NCBI GenBank assembly: GCA_045613985.1
Contig: JAZLCA010000064.1
Span: 13,837 to 77,836, forward strand
Origin: Eubacteriales bacterium
Lineage (GTDB): Bacteria; Bacillota; Clostridia; Oscillospirales; CAG-272
Length of the DNA: 64,000 bases
Direction of reading: 5' to 3'
This document shows, in pieces, positions 36,612 through 46,520 of the stretch (position 1 is the stretch's first letter; the number at the start of each line of letters is the position of its first letter). The notes beneath the pieces are model-generated. The model worked only from the letters and a program-made list of their open reading frames with translations. It searched no databases and was not told the origin of the DNA. Both the position numbers and the translations under genes were made by a program.

Positions 36612-39422
36612 ATGGCCAAAGATTACAAAAACACACTGAATATGCCCACAACGTCGTTCGATATGCGGGCCAATCTTCCCATGCGCGAGCCTAAAATGCT
36701 GGAGTACTGGAACTCCATCCATCTGTACGATCAAATGCTGGAGAACAATGCGGACAAGCCTTTGTTCGTGTTGCACGACGGCCCTCCCTTTTCCAACGGT
36801 AACATCCACATGGGCCACGCCCTGAACAAAACCCTGAAGGATTTCATCAACAAATCCCGCAGCATGATGGGCTATCGCGTCCCCTTCGTTCCCGGCTGGG
36901 ATAACCACGGCATGCCCATCGAGTCTGCCATCATCAAAAAGAACAAGCTCAACCGCAAGGCAATGAGTATTCCCGAATTCCGCAGTGCCTGTGAAGCATT
37001 CGCTCAGGATTTCATCAATATCCAGAAGGAGCAGATGAAGCGTCTGGGTCTGACGGCGGATTGGGAGCATCCCTATACCACTATGGACCCTGCGTTTGAG
37101 GCGCGTGAGGTCAAGGTGTTCGGTGAGATGTTCCGCAAGGGCTATATCTACAAGGGCTTGAAGCCCGTTTACTGGTGCCCCAAGGATGAAACGGCACTGG
37201 CCGAGGCGGAGATCGAATATAAGACGGATAAGTGTACGTCGATCTACGTTAAGTTCCGCGTCAACGATGACAAGGGCGTGTTGGCTGACGTCTGCGATCT
37301 GTCCAAGACCTACTTCATCATCTGGACAACGACCACCTGGACACTGCCCGGCAACCTTGCCATCGCTCTCAATCCCGACGAGAGCTATGCTGTCGTTAAG
37401 GCAAACGACGAATATTATGTGATTGCCGAGGCACTGACCGAAAAGACCATGAGCGAGGGTGGCGTCGAGAGCTACGAGATCGTTGCTACTATGCCCGGCC
37501 GTGAGCTGGAGTTCATCAAGACGCAGCATCCCTTCCTCGACCGTGAGAGCGTCGTGCTGATGGCCGATTACGTCACCATGGACAGCGGTACCGGCTGTGT
37601 TCATACCGCTCCCGGCTTCGGTGCGGACGACTATCAGACCTGCAAGCGCTACGGCATTGATATCATCGTTCCCGTCGACGATCGCGGCTGTCAGACCGAG
37701 GACGCAGGCAAATTTGCCGGTCTTTACTATGAAAAATCCAACGAGGCGATCCTGGCTGACCTGAAGGAAACGGGCGCGCTGTTTGCCTCCAAGGAATTTG
37801 AGCATGAATATCCTCACTGCTGGAGATGTAAGTCTCCCATCATCTTCCGCACAACTCCCCAGTGATTCTGCTCGGTCGATGCCTTCCGCGCTGATGCGGT
37901 CAAGGCCTGCGACGACGTAACCTGGATGCCCGCATGGGGCGGTGAGCGCATGAAGCAGATGCTCGGTGAGCGCGCCGATTGGTGCATCTCGCGTCAGCGT
38001 CATTGGGGTCTGCCCATTCCCGTATTCTACTGCGAGGACTGCAAGGAGACCATCTGCACTCCCGAGACCATCAACAAGGTATCCGCGATGTTTGCACAGC
38101 ACGGCTCCAACTGCTGGTTCTCCATGGATGCCAAGGATCTGTTGCCCGAGGGCTACGTTTGCCCCAAGTGCGGCAAGACCCACTTTGTCAAGGAGCAGAA
38201 TACGCTGGACGGTTGGTTCGATTCGGGTTCCACCCACTTTGCCGTTCTGCAGGACGAGGGTAACAAGGGTTGGCCCGAGCATCATTGGCCGGCAGACCTG
38301 TACCTGGAGGGTGCCGACCAGTATCGCGGTTGGTTCCAGGCATCTTTGCTGACTGCCATCGGTACGGGCGGCGGTACGACCGCTCCCTTCAAGTCCGTTC
38401 TCACCCACGGTTGGGTCGTTGACGGCGAAGGCAGAGCCATGCATAAGTCGCTGGGTAACGGCGTCGATCCTCAGGACATGGTCGCCAAGTACGGCGCCGA
38501 CCTGGTTCGTTTGTGGGTTGCTTCCGCCGACTATCAGGTGGACGTCCGCTGCTCCGATAATATTTTCAAGCAGCTGTCCGAGTCCTACCGTAAGATTCGT
38601 AACACCGCCCGCATCATTCTGGCAAACCTGAACGATTTCGATCCCGACCGCGATATGGTCGCTCCCGAAAATATGCAGGAGATCGACCGGTGGCTGCTCT
38701 CCCGCATGAACGAGTTTGTCCGTCGCAGCCGCGAAAATTACGATAATTACAGCTTCCACAGCATCTCCCGCGACCTGACCAACTTCTGCACGACCGATCT
38801 GTCCAAGCTGTACGTCGATATCACCAAGGACCGCGTCTACACCGAGCGTGCCGATTCGGCCGCCCGCCGCTCCGCACAGAGCGCGATGTATCTGGTGCTG
38901 TCTGCGATGGTACGCGTAATGGCGCCTCTGTTGGCCTTTACCGCCGAGGAGATCTGGCAGGCCATGCCCCACGCGGCATCCGATAACAAGGCGAGCGTTT
39001 TCTTCAATGATATGCCCGCTTGCGACGAGTCGTTGACCTTCCCCGAGCTGGCAGAGCACTGGGATGCGCTGTTTGATCTGCGCGACGACGTTATGAAGGC
39101 ACTCGAGCTTGCTCGTGCCGACAAGAAGATCGGTAAGTCGCTGGATGCCAAGCTGACGATCTATACTGAAAATGAAGAGCAGAAGGCTCTGTTGACCTCC
39201 TTTGGCGACGATCTGAAGACGGTATTTATCGTCTCGGGCGTCAAGGTTGAGAGCGGCAAGGCGCCCGAAGGTGCCCTGACCGAAACCACCGCCGGCATTG
39301 CTGTGCTGGTTGAGGGGGCAGACGGCTGCAAGTGCGACCGTTGCTGGGCTTACTCCACCGAGGGTAAGCAGGACGAGGACGGTTTCCTGTGCGCTCGCTG
39401 CCAAGCCATTCTGGAGGGCTGA
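36612..39422 (+). CDS. ileS: Isoleucine--tRNA ligase, interrupted by a single in-frame TGA at 37863-37865
   Basis: MAKDYKNTLNMPTTSFDMRANLP.., HMGHALNK (HIGH), CWRCKSPIIFRTTPQ*FCSVD, WCISRQRHWG, KMHKSLGN-like AMHKSLGN (KMSKS), and C-terminal CxxC pairs. Both track ORFs (36474-37865 and 37926-39422) are in the same frame. Confidence 0.9.
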
Positions 39423-39425
39423 TGC

Positions 39426-40010
39426 ATGAGCGACTTGACACGCAACGATAAAAGCAGGATCGACCGCGGCCGTCCCTGGTATTGGCTGTTGATCTCGCTG
39501 GCGGGTGTCTTGCTGGACCAGGTGTCTAAATGGCTGTGTATGGCGTATCTGAAGCCGGTCGGAAGCGTTTATATCATTCCGGGGCTTCTCAAATTGACCT
39601 ATCTGGAAAATCGGGGAGCTGCCTTTGGCAGCTTCTCCGATCACCGTTGGGTGTTTATGGTGTTTTCCACCGTTGCCATCGTGGGCGTGACGGTCTACCT
39701 GATCGCCTTTTCCGAGCGGAACCGTTTGCTCCGCTGGGCGCTGGCCCTTATTATCAGCGGCGGCATTGGCAATATGATCGACCGAGTCTCGCTCGGATAC
39801 GTCGTTGACATGATCGACTTTTACGGCATCTGGCCCTACATTTTCAACGTGGCCGACAGCTTCGTTTGTGTTGGTGCCGGTCTTGCGGTGTTGTACTGCT
39901 TGATCGAGATGCAAAAGGAACTGGAACAGCAAAAAGAAAAAAAGGATGCCGACGCTTGTGGTGAAGACGCACCGCAGGCGGCTGACGAAAAAGGAGAGGA
40001 CGAGGCATGA
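39426..40010 (+). CDS. lspA: Lipoprotein signal peptidase II
   Basis: YLENRGAAFG, GGIGNMIDR and FNVADSFVCVG motifs, with 4 TM segments. Confidence 0.9.
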   Translation: MSDLTRNDKSRIDRGRPWYWLLISLAGVLLDQVSKWLCMAYLKPVGSVYIIPGLLKLTYLENRGAAFGSFSDHRWVFMVFSTVAIVGVTVYLIAFSERNRLLRWALALIISGGIGNMIDRVSLGYVVDMIDFYGIWPYIFNVADSFVCVGAGLAVLYCLIEMQKELEQQKEKKDADACGEDAPQAADEKGEDEA

Positions 40011-40945
40011 TCTACCCCGTAGACGCCGCCCATGCGGGTCTTCGCGCTGACGTGTTTGCTGCCGAGGTCGGAGGGGTTTCGCGCTCCGCCGCCGCCCGTT
40101 TGATGGAGGAAGGCTGTATTTTGCTCAACGCTCGTCCCGTCACCAAAAACGTCAAGCTTTGCCAGGGCGACGAACTGACGATCGAGCTGCCTGAGCCCGA
40201 ACCGTGTGAAGCTCTGCCTGAGAATATCCCGTTGGATATCGTTTATGAGGACGATGATATCATCGTGGTAAACAAGCCCGTTGGTATGGTGGTCCATCCC
40301 GCCGCGGGCAATCCGAGCGGCACCCTTGTCAATGCGCTGCTGTACCATTGCGGCGATCAACTTTCGGGTGTTGGCGGAGTTATCCGCCCCGGCATCGTTC
40401 ACCGCATCGATAAGGATACCAGCGGACTGTTGGTCGTTGCCAAAAACGACGCAGCTCACTTGTCTTTGTCGGAGCAGCTCAAAACCCATACGGTCAGCCG
40501 CGTATACGAGGCCATCGCGCTGGGCAACCTGAAGACGGATGCGGGGACGGTCAATGCCCCCATCGGACGCCATCCGACCGATCGCAAGAAAATGGCGGTC
40601 GTGCGAGGGGAAGGCTTGAACGCCCGCGAGGCGATCACGCATTACACGGTCGTGGAGCGATTTGGTCACATGACGCACCTGCGGTGTGAATTGGAAACGG
40701 GACGTACCCATCAGATCCGCGTTCATATGGCAAGCATAGGGCATCCCCTTTTGGGCGACGGCGTGTACGGCGGAGGCAATACCCGCTTTGAAGCCGATCA
40801 CCGCGCCTGGATCACGGGGCAATGCCTGCACGCTGGAAAACTGCGCCTGATCCATCCGAGGACGGGCGAGGCGATGCAATTTGGAGCACCTATGCCGCCC
40901 GAGATGCAAAAAATACTTGATATTTTACGAAGACAAGCACAATAA
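40007..40945 (+). CDS. rluD: RluA-family 23S rRNA pseudouridine synthase (RluD-like)
   Basis: N-terminal S4-like domain. Catalytic HRIDKDTSGLLVVAKN and TGRTHQIRVH. Confidence 0.88.
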   Translation: MIYPVDAAHAGLRADVFAAEVGGVSRSAAARLMEEGCILLNARPVTKNVKLCQGDELTIELPEPEPCEALPENIPLDIVYEDDDIIVVNKPVGMVVHPAAGNPSGTLVNALLYHCGDQLSGVGGVIRPGIVHRIDKDTSGLLVVAKNDAAHLSLSEQLKTHTVSRVYEAIALGNLKTDAGTVNAPIGRHPTDRKKMAVVRGEGLNAREAITHYTVVERFGHMTHLRCELETGRTHQIRVHMASIGHPLLGDGVYGGGNTRFEADHRAWITGQCLHAGKLRLIHPRTGEAMQFGAPMPPEMQKILDILRRQAQ

Positions 40946-40969
40946 ATTTTGATGAAAGGAGATAGGAGC

Positions 40970-41800
40970 ATGAAACGCTATGAGGGAATTATGATCGCGT
41001 CCGACCTGGACGGCACCTTCTTGGATGCCAAAGGGCAGGTCGTGTCTCGCAATATCGAAGCCATCCGCGCTTTTACGGCAGAAGGTGGGCTGTTTACCTT
41101 TGCGACGGGACGCCATCACGATCATCTGCCCGAGGCCGTTCCCGGCGTCGAGGCTTTGGTCAATATGCCCGTTATCGTGGCAAACGGCTCTTATCTTTAC
41201 GATTTTTCCACCGATCGCGTGCTGGCCGAGGTGTTTATGGAGGTGGATATCTCCCGCCGCGTGCTGCAGTACGCTCGCGCCAATTTTCCCCGTGTGGGAT
41301 TCCGCGTGTCCACCCCGCAGGGCTATCTGACGGACGGTCGGACGGAATATATGAAAAAGTTTATCGCTTACAGCAAAAAGCATCGCTCGTATCTGGTGGA
41401 GGTCGCTCCGATCGAAAGCTGGATGCAGCGGCTGTGGCATAAGATCGTTTTTCAAGGCACCTGCGAGGACCTGGACGCGCTGTACGCCGAGCTTAAGGCC
41501 GAGTTTGGCGAGGATACCTTTGAGTATAACAAATCCTCTGCGATACTGTTTGAAATGCAGAAAAAAGGCTGCTCCAAGGGCGGTATGCTGCAAGTGCTCA
41601 AGCAAAGCTATGAGATCTTGACGGGACATTCTATCAAAACGTATGGCGTGGGCGACTACGAAAACGACCTGGCGCTGTTGTCGGCCGCCGACGTGGCCGT
41701 CTGCCCGGCGGGATCCCATCCGGCCGTGCAAAAAATCAGCGATATGGTGCTTTGCTCCAATAACGAGGGCGTCATTGCCGATCTGATCGAGCGGTTGTGA
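40970..41800 (+). CDS. Cof-type HAD-IIB phosphatase
   Basis: IASDLDGTFL (DxD motif) and GVGDYENDLALL. Start chosen at MKRYEG after AAAGGAGATAGGAGC. Confidence 0.8.
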   Translation: MKRYEGIMIASDLDGTFLDAKGQVVSRNIEAIRAFTAEGGLFTFATGRHHDHLPEAVPGVEALVNMPVIVANGSYLYDFSTDRVLAEVFMEVDISRRVLQYARANFPRVGFRVSTPQGYLTDGRTEYMKKFIAYSKKHRSYLVEVAPIESWMQRLWHKIVFQGTCEDLDALYAELKAEFGEDTFEYNKSSAILFEMQKKGCSKGGMLQVLKQSYEILTGHSIKTYGVGDYENDLALLSAADVAVCPAGSHPAVQKISDMVLCSNNEGVIADLIERL

Positions 41801-41807
41801 GGCCAAT

Positions 41808-41841
41808 AAAAAAAGGAGAGTTTCAAACTCTCCTTTTTTTA
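41808..41841. terminator. Bidirectional terminator
   Basis: A7-GGAGAG-TTTCAAA-CTCTCC-T7, between convergent genes. Confidence 0.8.
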
Positions 41842-42243
41842 TTGCGTTCCTCTGCGCTTGAGCGTCATGGTGGCGGCGGGGGCGTTTTTTGTTGCGGGGG
41901 ATTGGATGGTCAGGGTGCCGTCGTCGTTGAAGGTATACGTTTCCTCTACGACTTCAGACTCGCCCTTTCCATAGTCCATGGTTCGTGTCAACTTTCCTTC
42001 CGAGGCAACAAAGGTAAAGGCATTATGAGTGTTACTTCCCGATTTGGTTTCACCGTATCCGCCCTCAAAAAAGGTAATGTACAATTCGTTTTCAATGGTG
42101 GCGGCGGTGCCGTCCTCCAAAACGAAGGAGGTGATCACCCAAGAGCCGGTCAACGACGCCTCCTCTTCGGACTTCGCTCCGCAGGACAGTGCGGTTGCGG
42201 CCATGATCAGTATCAGTATGCAGCACAGTGCTCGTTTTAACAT
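41839..42243 (-). CDS. Small lipoprotein (lipocalin-like, unknown function)
   Basis: MLKRALCCILILIMAATALSC lipobox. LTGSWVITSF.. is a beta-rich pattern. Confidence 0.6.
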   Translation of the reverse strand: MLKRALCCILILIMAATALSCGAKSEEEASLTGSWVITSFVLEDGTAATIENELYITFFEGGYGETKSGSNTHNAFTFVASEGKLTRTMDYGKGESEVVEETYTFNDDGTLTIQSPATKNAPAATMTLKRRGTQ

Positions 42244-42419
42244 ATCAAATCCCCAGCTTTCTTTTTGACGATGTGATAATTATAGCACATTTTGCCTCAA
42301 ATGTACAGGGAATTTTGAAAATTATTGGATGAGGTTGACAAATACCGCCAAAACCAGTATAATGAAATGGAGTAGAAAAGTGACCGGCCCGGGATGCTCC
42401 GGGCGGGAAGGAGCGTAAT

Positions 42420-44156
42420 ATGAAATTCAAGTCGTTGATCGCGCTGATTTTGGCGTTGCTGATGCTTTTGAGCGTTGTTGCCTGCAAGCAACCCGCAACG
42501 GACGATCTGCCGCCGGAAGGGCAGGACAAGGAGCCCGGTACGCCGGATGAAAAGGATCCGACACAGGATCCGTCGGACGATCCCGTCAAAGAGAAGGACC
42601 CCAGTCAGTTGTATGTCGTTTATGATTCTGCGACCGAATATAAGCTGATCCGCGGCGATTCTGCTAAGACGGAGATCAAGAGTGCATTCACCAAGCTCAG
42701 CTCCGCCATCGCGGAAGCAACGGGCGTCTCCGTTCCCATGGAAACCGACTGGGCGGAGGATGGCGAGATGGAGATTTTGGTGGGTAAGACCAACCGTCCC
42801 GAATCCAAGGAAGCGCTGCAGGAGCTGGAGGATCTTCAGATCATCGGGGAGTTGGAGGGAGACGGCTTTCTGATCCGCGTCAAAAAACAGACCATTATCA
42901 TCATTGGCACGACGGATGAAAGTACGGTCATGGGCGTCGATTACTTTATTTCCCGCTACGTAAAGCAGTCGACGGGTGAGTTTTCCATTCCCAAATCGAC
43001 ACTGGTTTATATGTCCCGTACCAAAGTGCTGTTGAATCGAGATTACGTGGGCTCGCCTCTCAAAAAGCAGTACAGCGATTACGTCAGCACTTATGTCGAG
43101 GAACAGCTGCTCAGCTTTGACGAGCTGGATGTGCCCGGTGTACAGCTGTTCGAAAATCATTCCATCGACAACGATTATCAGCGTGAGGGTTACGGTGCCA
43201 CCCGCTTCGTGATGACGACGGGCGAGAGAAAGCTGACCCAGCTGATGTGGGGCAAGGGCGTCGCCTTTGATGCTGCGGTGGAGGATCTGAAGAAGAGCAC
43301 ACTTAAATTGTGGGTATACATCGACAACGACGATATGATCGCCTGCGACCACGACGACGTATACGGAAAAATCCAGAAGGACCAGGCAACGCTGTTCTTC
43401 CGTCTGATGGATAACAAGGGACGCATTCATTCCTGGAACCACACCCTGACGGGAGACGGCTGGCACGAAATCGAGCTGTCCTTCAATATTCACAACGGTG
43501 TGGATGCAAAATTTGATTACAGCCATATTGCCAATTTCGGCGTCATGGTGGCCGCAGACAAGGGAGCCATCATCGAGCTGGATGACTTGCGCTTGGTTAC
43601 TTATGAAAGCGATCACGTGCCGGAAGAATTGCCCGAGGGCGATCGTTTGATCACCGACGGCGAATACGACGCTTTTGACGGCGCGATGATCCAGGAGTGG
43701 TACGGCTGCTCCTACGATCTGGAAAACAAGAAATTCGGCAATTCCTCTTTGCGAAACGAGGGAGATTCGTCCGTCAACGACTTCCGTACCATCATCAGCA
43801 ATCTCAATATTCCCATGAACTATCAGAACGACACTCTGGTATTCTGGCTCAAGGTAGGGCAACTGAAAACGATCAACTACTTCTTCATTGAGCTTAACCA
43901 GGTTCAGGATAATCACGAGTACGAAAATAGCTTCACGGTTGCAGACCTGCAAAAGTATGGCCTTTCCAATGTCGACGATGAATGGTGCGAGATTCGTATT
44001 CCTTTGCGGGAATTCCAGAAGAAGCTGTCGCCGGATAAGTATGGCAATGATGAAAATATCACGCTGTACGCCTTCCGCTTCGTTACCTATTCGGTCGGCA
44101 GTAAGCCCTATGAGATGAATCTGGACCGCGTTTATCTGACCTCGAATGCAGATTAA
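42420..44156 (+). CDS. Lipoprotein of unknown function with Pro/Asp/Glu-rich tether
   Basis: MKFKSLIALILALLMLLSVVAC lipobox. PPEGQDKEPGTPDEKDPTQDPSDDP tether. No motif I can assign. Confidence 0.65.
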   Translation: MKFKSLIALILALLMLLSVVACKQPATDDLPPEGQDKEPGTPDEKDPTQDPSDDPVKEKDPSQLYVVYDSATEYKLIRGDSAKTEIKSAFTKLSSAIAEATGVSVPMETDWAEDGEMEILVGKTNRPESKEALQELEDLQIIGELEGDGFLIRVKKQTIIIIGTTDESTVMGVDYFISRYVKQSTGEFSIPKSTLVYMSRTKVLLNRDYVGSPLKKQYSDYVSTYVEEQLLSFDELDVPGVQLFENHSIDNDYQREGYGATRFVMTTGERKLTQLMWGKGVAFDAAVEDLKKSTLKLWVYIDNDDMIACDHDDVYGKIQKDQATLFFRLMDNKGRIHSWNHTLTGDGWHEIELSFNIHNGVDAKFDYSHIANFGVMVAADKGAIIELDDLRLVTYESDHVPEELPEGDRLITDGEYDAFDGAMIQEWYGCSYDLENKKFGNSSLRNEGDSSVNDFRTIISNLNIPMNYQNDTLVFWLKVGQLKTINYFFIELNQVQDNHEYENSFTVADLQKYGLSNVDDEWCEIRIPLREFQKKLSPDKYGNDENITLYAFRFVTYSVGSKPYEMNLDRVYLTSNAD

Positions 44157-44160
44157 ATAC

Positions 44161-44198
44161 AAAAAAGAAAGCGATGCTTGCATCGCTTTCTTTTTTGT
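44161..44198. terminator. Bidirectional terminator
   Basis: A-run-GAAAGCGATGC-TT-GCATCGCTTTC-T-run, between convergent genes. Confidence 0.85.
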
Positions 44199-44209
44199 AT
44201 GATCTTGGT

Positions 44210-45271
44210 TTAGTGTTCGTCCCCGGAGGAAAGATAGGCACCGATGTTGGAGGACAGAACGATGTGCGGCGGGATCAAGCGGACTCCCTCACATTCGTGC
44301 GAGGTGATATGGTTGTACAGCTGGCGAACGACGTTCTTTCCTTGGCGATAGGGGTTTTGGAAGATTGCCGCGTTCGCAATGCCGCTTTGCAACAGCTCGG
44401 GCGTTTCCGACAAAATATCGGTGGTGATGACGGCGAGATCCCGATGCGCCTCCTTGATGCTGCGACAGGCCAGGGCCGAGCTGGCGGTGGTCATATATAC
44501 ACCGGCGAGGTTGGGATGCTGCTCAAGCATACGCTCGGTGGCTTCCGTTACCCGGTGGGAATCGTCAAAATGCTCGTAGACGTGGATGGCGGAAAAAACG
44601 CCTCGCTCGGCATAAGAGGAAAAACCGTTGATATATTCGACGTTGACGGGAGAATTGCGGGCGGCCACCAGCAAAGCCACTTCTTTTTGGTCACAGCGGA
44701 AGCTAAGCAGCTCAGCGGCCATGCGTCCCGCCATGAAGGCATCGACACCCACGTGGAGGTCGCGGCGAAGATCGGGCAGATCGTTGGCAACGGTAGCAAA
44801 AATGATGCCGCTCTCGGACAGCTCATTGACCAAGGCCGTCAGCTCCTGCGTCTGGTCGGTGGTCGCTGACATAAACAGAATGATGCCCTGATATCCCATA
44901 TGGGCAAAGGAGCGGATCAGATCGCACGTTTGATCCAGACACGCACGGCTATCCGTGTAGGGCAGCTTGCGCACGTCCACGGAGACGTTGTATTTTTCCA
45001 GCTCGCGCCCGGAGGTCGTAATGCCCTCGACGATCGCGTCGACGTATTCCTCGACGGGACAAAACAGGATCGCGCCAATGTGGATTGGCAGGCGGCGCAA
45101 GCATTGGGCGGCGACGTTGACCTTGTATCCCAGATCCTTGGCGGCATCCAGAATGCGTTGCTTGGTGTCGGGACTGATGCGGGCCTTGTCGTTCAGGGCG
45201 CGATGCACCGTTGCGATGGAAACGCCCGTCAACTCGGCAATGTCGTAAATGGTTGCTTTTTTCTCGGCCAT
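44210..45271 (-). CDS. LacI-family transcriptional regulator
   Basis: MAEKKATIYDIAELTGVSIATVHRALND (HTH) plus a periplasmic-binding-like core. Start at 45271 after GGGGAGG. Confidence 0.88.
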   Translation of the reverse strand: MAEKKATIYDIAELTGVSIATVHRALNDKARISPDTKQRILDAAKDLGYKVNVAAQCLRRLPIHIGAILFCPVEEYVDAIVEGITTSGRELEKYNVSVDVRKLPYTDSRACLDQTCDLIRSFAHMGYQGIILFMSATTDQTQELTALVNELSESGIIFATVANDLPDLRRDLHVGVDAFMAGRMAAELLSFRCDQKEVALLVAARNSPVNVEYINGFSSYAERGVFSAIHVYEHFDDSHRVTEATERMLEQHPNLAGVYMTTASSALACRSIKEAHRDLAVITTDILSETPELLQSGIANAAIFQNPYRQGKNVVRQLYNHITSHECEGVRLIPPHIVLSSNIGAYLSSGDEH

Positions 45272-45369
45272 GATCATCCTCCCCGTTTTTTTGCTCTTAT
45301 GATTATACCATTTGTCGCGCCACAATGCAAGTGGTTTGGCAGTTTTTTTTGTTTTTTGTGTCGCATCCC

Positions 45370-45398
45370 TTGACAATGCGGGGAAAAAGACTTATAAT
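45370..45398 (+). promoter_or_regulatory. sigma-A consensus promoter (TTGACA-N17-TATAAT) of the sugar-acid operon
   Basis: Perfect hexamers at 45370-45375 and 45393-45398. Confidence 0.65.
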
Positions 45399-45408
45399 GA
45401 TGCTATAG

Positions 45409-45426
45409 TGCGAAATCGGTTTCGCA
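45409..45426. promoter_or_regulatory. Candidate LacI-family operator (perfect palindrome TGCGAAA-TCGG-TTTCGCA)
   Basis: Inverted repeat 11 nt downstream of the -10 element, between the divergent lacI-family gene and the operon. Confidence 0.55.
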
Positions 45427-45457
45427 ATAGTTCAAACGACGCGCGAGGAGGACAACA

Positions 45458-46519
45458 ATGAGTGAAAAAAGCATGAAGGTTTTTTTGAGTGAAGGCAAGA
45501 GTCGCGGCGGCATCGTTCGCCTTCCCGTGCCGACCCCCACGGGCAACATGGTGCTGGTAAAGGTGGCCTATTGCGGCATCTGCGGCACCGATCAGGACCT
45601 GTTTTCCGGCGAATGCAGCTTCGCTGAAAACGGACAGGTCACGTATCCGGTCCGTTTGGGACACGAGTGGTCGGGCGTAGTGGAAGCGGTTGGCGAGGAC
45701 GTGACGAATTTCGCCAAGGGCGACGGTGTCGTGGGTGACAACGCCGTCAGCTGCGGCAAGTGCGAGGCCTGCCGGGCAGGGGATTTTGCACACTGTGCCC
45801 ATATGCTCAACGTGGGTACCATCGATCCGGTCTACGACGGCGCATTTTGCGAGTACTATATCATTCCCGCGCATCATCTGCATAAGATCCCGGCGGGCAT
45901 CTCGCTCAAAGAGGCGTCGCTGGCCGAGCCTTTGTCGGTGGCGTACGGCGGTATCAAGCACATGAATATTACGAAAAACTCCACCGTTGCCGTCATCGGT
46001 ACGGGATGCATCGGCATGGCTGCCGTCGTGCTGGCCAAGTGCCTGGGCGCTAAGACGGTGTGGATGATCGGCCGCAACGAAAGTAAACTGGCGGCGGCGC
46101 AGGCACTGGGAGCTGAAATCATCAATATCAAACAGTGCGATGCGGTGACCGAGGTTATGGCTCAAACGGGCGGTCGCGGTGCGGACTTCGTGCTGGAATG
46201 CTCGGGTGCCCGCGAGACCTTTAAGCAGGCCATTGACCTGGCCGCATTCCGTGCAACAGTCGCGCTGATCGGCTTCTATGAGCACAAGGAAAACGACGTC
46301 AACGTCGATACCATGGTTGCCAAGGCCCTGACGTTGATCGGTGTCATGGGCGAGATGGGCAACATGGCAGGAGCTCTTAACATTCTGAAGGAGCATCAGC
46401 CCAACCTCCTTCCCATCATCACACACGAATTGGATTTTGACGATTGCATCGTCGGCTTTACCAGAAAGAATTATCCCGACGCGGTCAAGATCGCGGTTAA
46501 GATCGGAGGGGAGAATTGA
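45458..46519 (+). CDS. Zinc-dependent alcohol/polyol dehydrogenase (MDR family)
   Basis: GICGTDQDLFSG, GHEWSGVV, and the structural-Zn CGKCEACRAGDFAHC. Confidence 0.85.
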   Translation: MSEKSMKVFLSEGKSRGGIVRLPVPTPTGNMVLVKVAYCGICGTDQDLFSGECSFAENGQVTYPVRLGHEWSGVVEAVGEDVTNFAKGDGVVGDNAVSCGKCEACRAGDFAHCAHMLNVGTIDPVYDGAFCEYYIIPAHHLHKIPAGISLKEASLAEPLSVAYGGIKHMNITKNSTVAVIGTGCIGMAAVVLAKCLGAKTVWMIGRNESKLAAAQALGAEIINIKQCDAVTEVMAQTGGRGADFVLECSGARETFKQAIDLAAFRATVALIGFYEHKENDVNVDTMVAKALTLIGVMGEMGNMAGALNILKEHQPNLLPIITHELDFDDCIVGFTRKNYPDAVKIAVKIGGEN

Positions 46520-46520
46520 T

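Noticed and set aside
37863-37865. The ileS in-frame TGA read as selenocysteine, or as evidence for a TGA-reassigned genetic code.
   Set aside because: The aligned residue is Trp, not Cys/Sec, and I saw no SECIS-like hairpin immediately downstream. Several other genes in the window terminate sensibly at TGA (the dltA-like, prp and HAD genes), so a global reassignment does not fit.
36573-39932. A 1119-aa ORF antisense to ileS/lspA. Similar near-full-length antisense ORFs exist opposite pckG (4677-6524), the SBP-like genes (12506-14368, 14435-16156), the ABC genes (17045-19919, 24331-26394), the 42420-44156 lipoprotein gene (42297-44183), the Cys-repeat gene (51967-53307) and pduC (62108-63823).
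   Set aside because: The sense strands carry unmistakable conserved proteins with RBSs. The antisense translations are low-complexity (rich in G/V/A/D/L/R runs) with no motifs or plausible RBS/start context. Long shadow ORFs are an expected by-product of GC-rich third-position codon bias.
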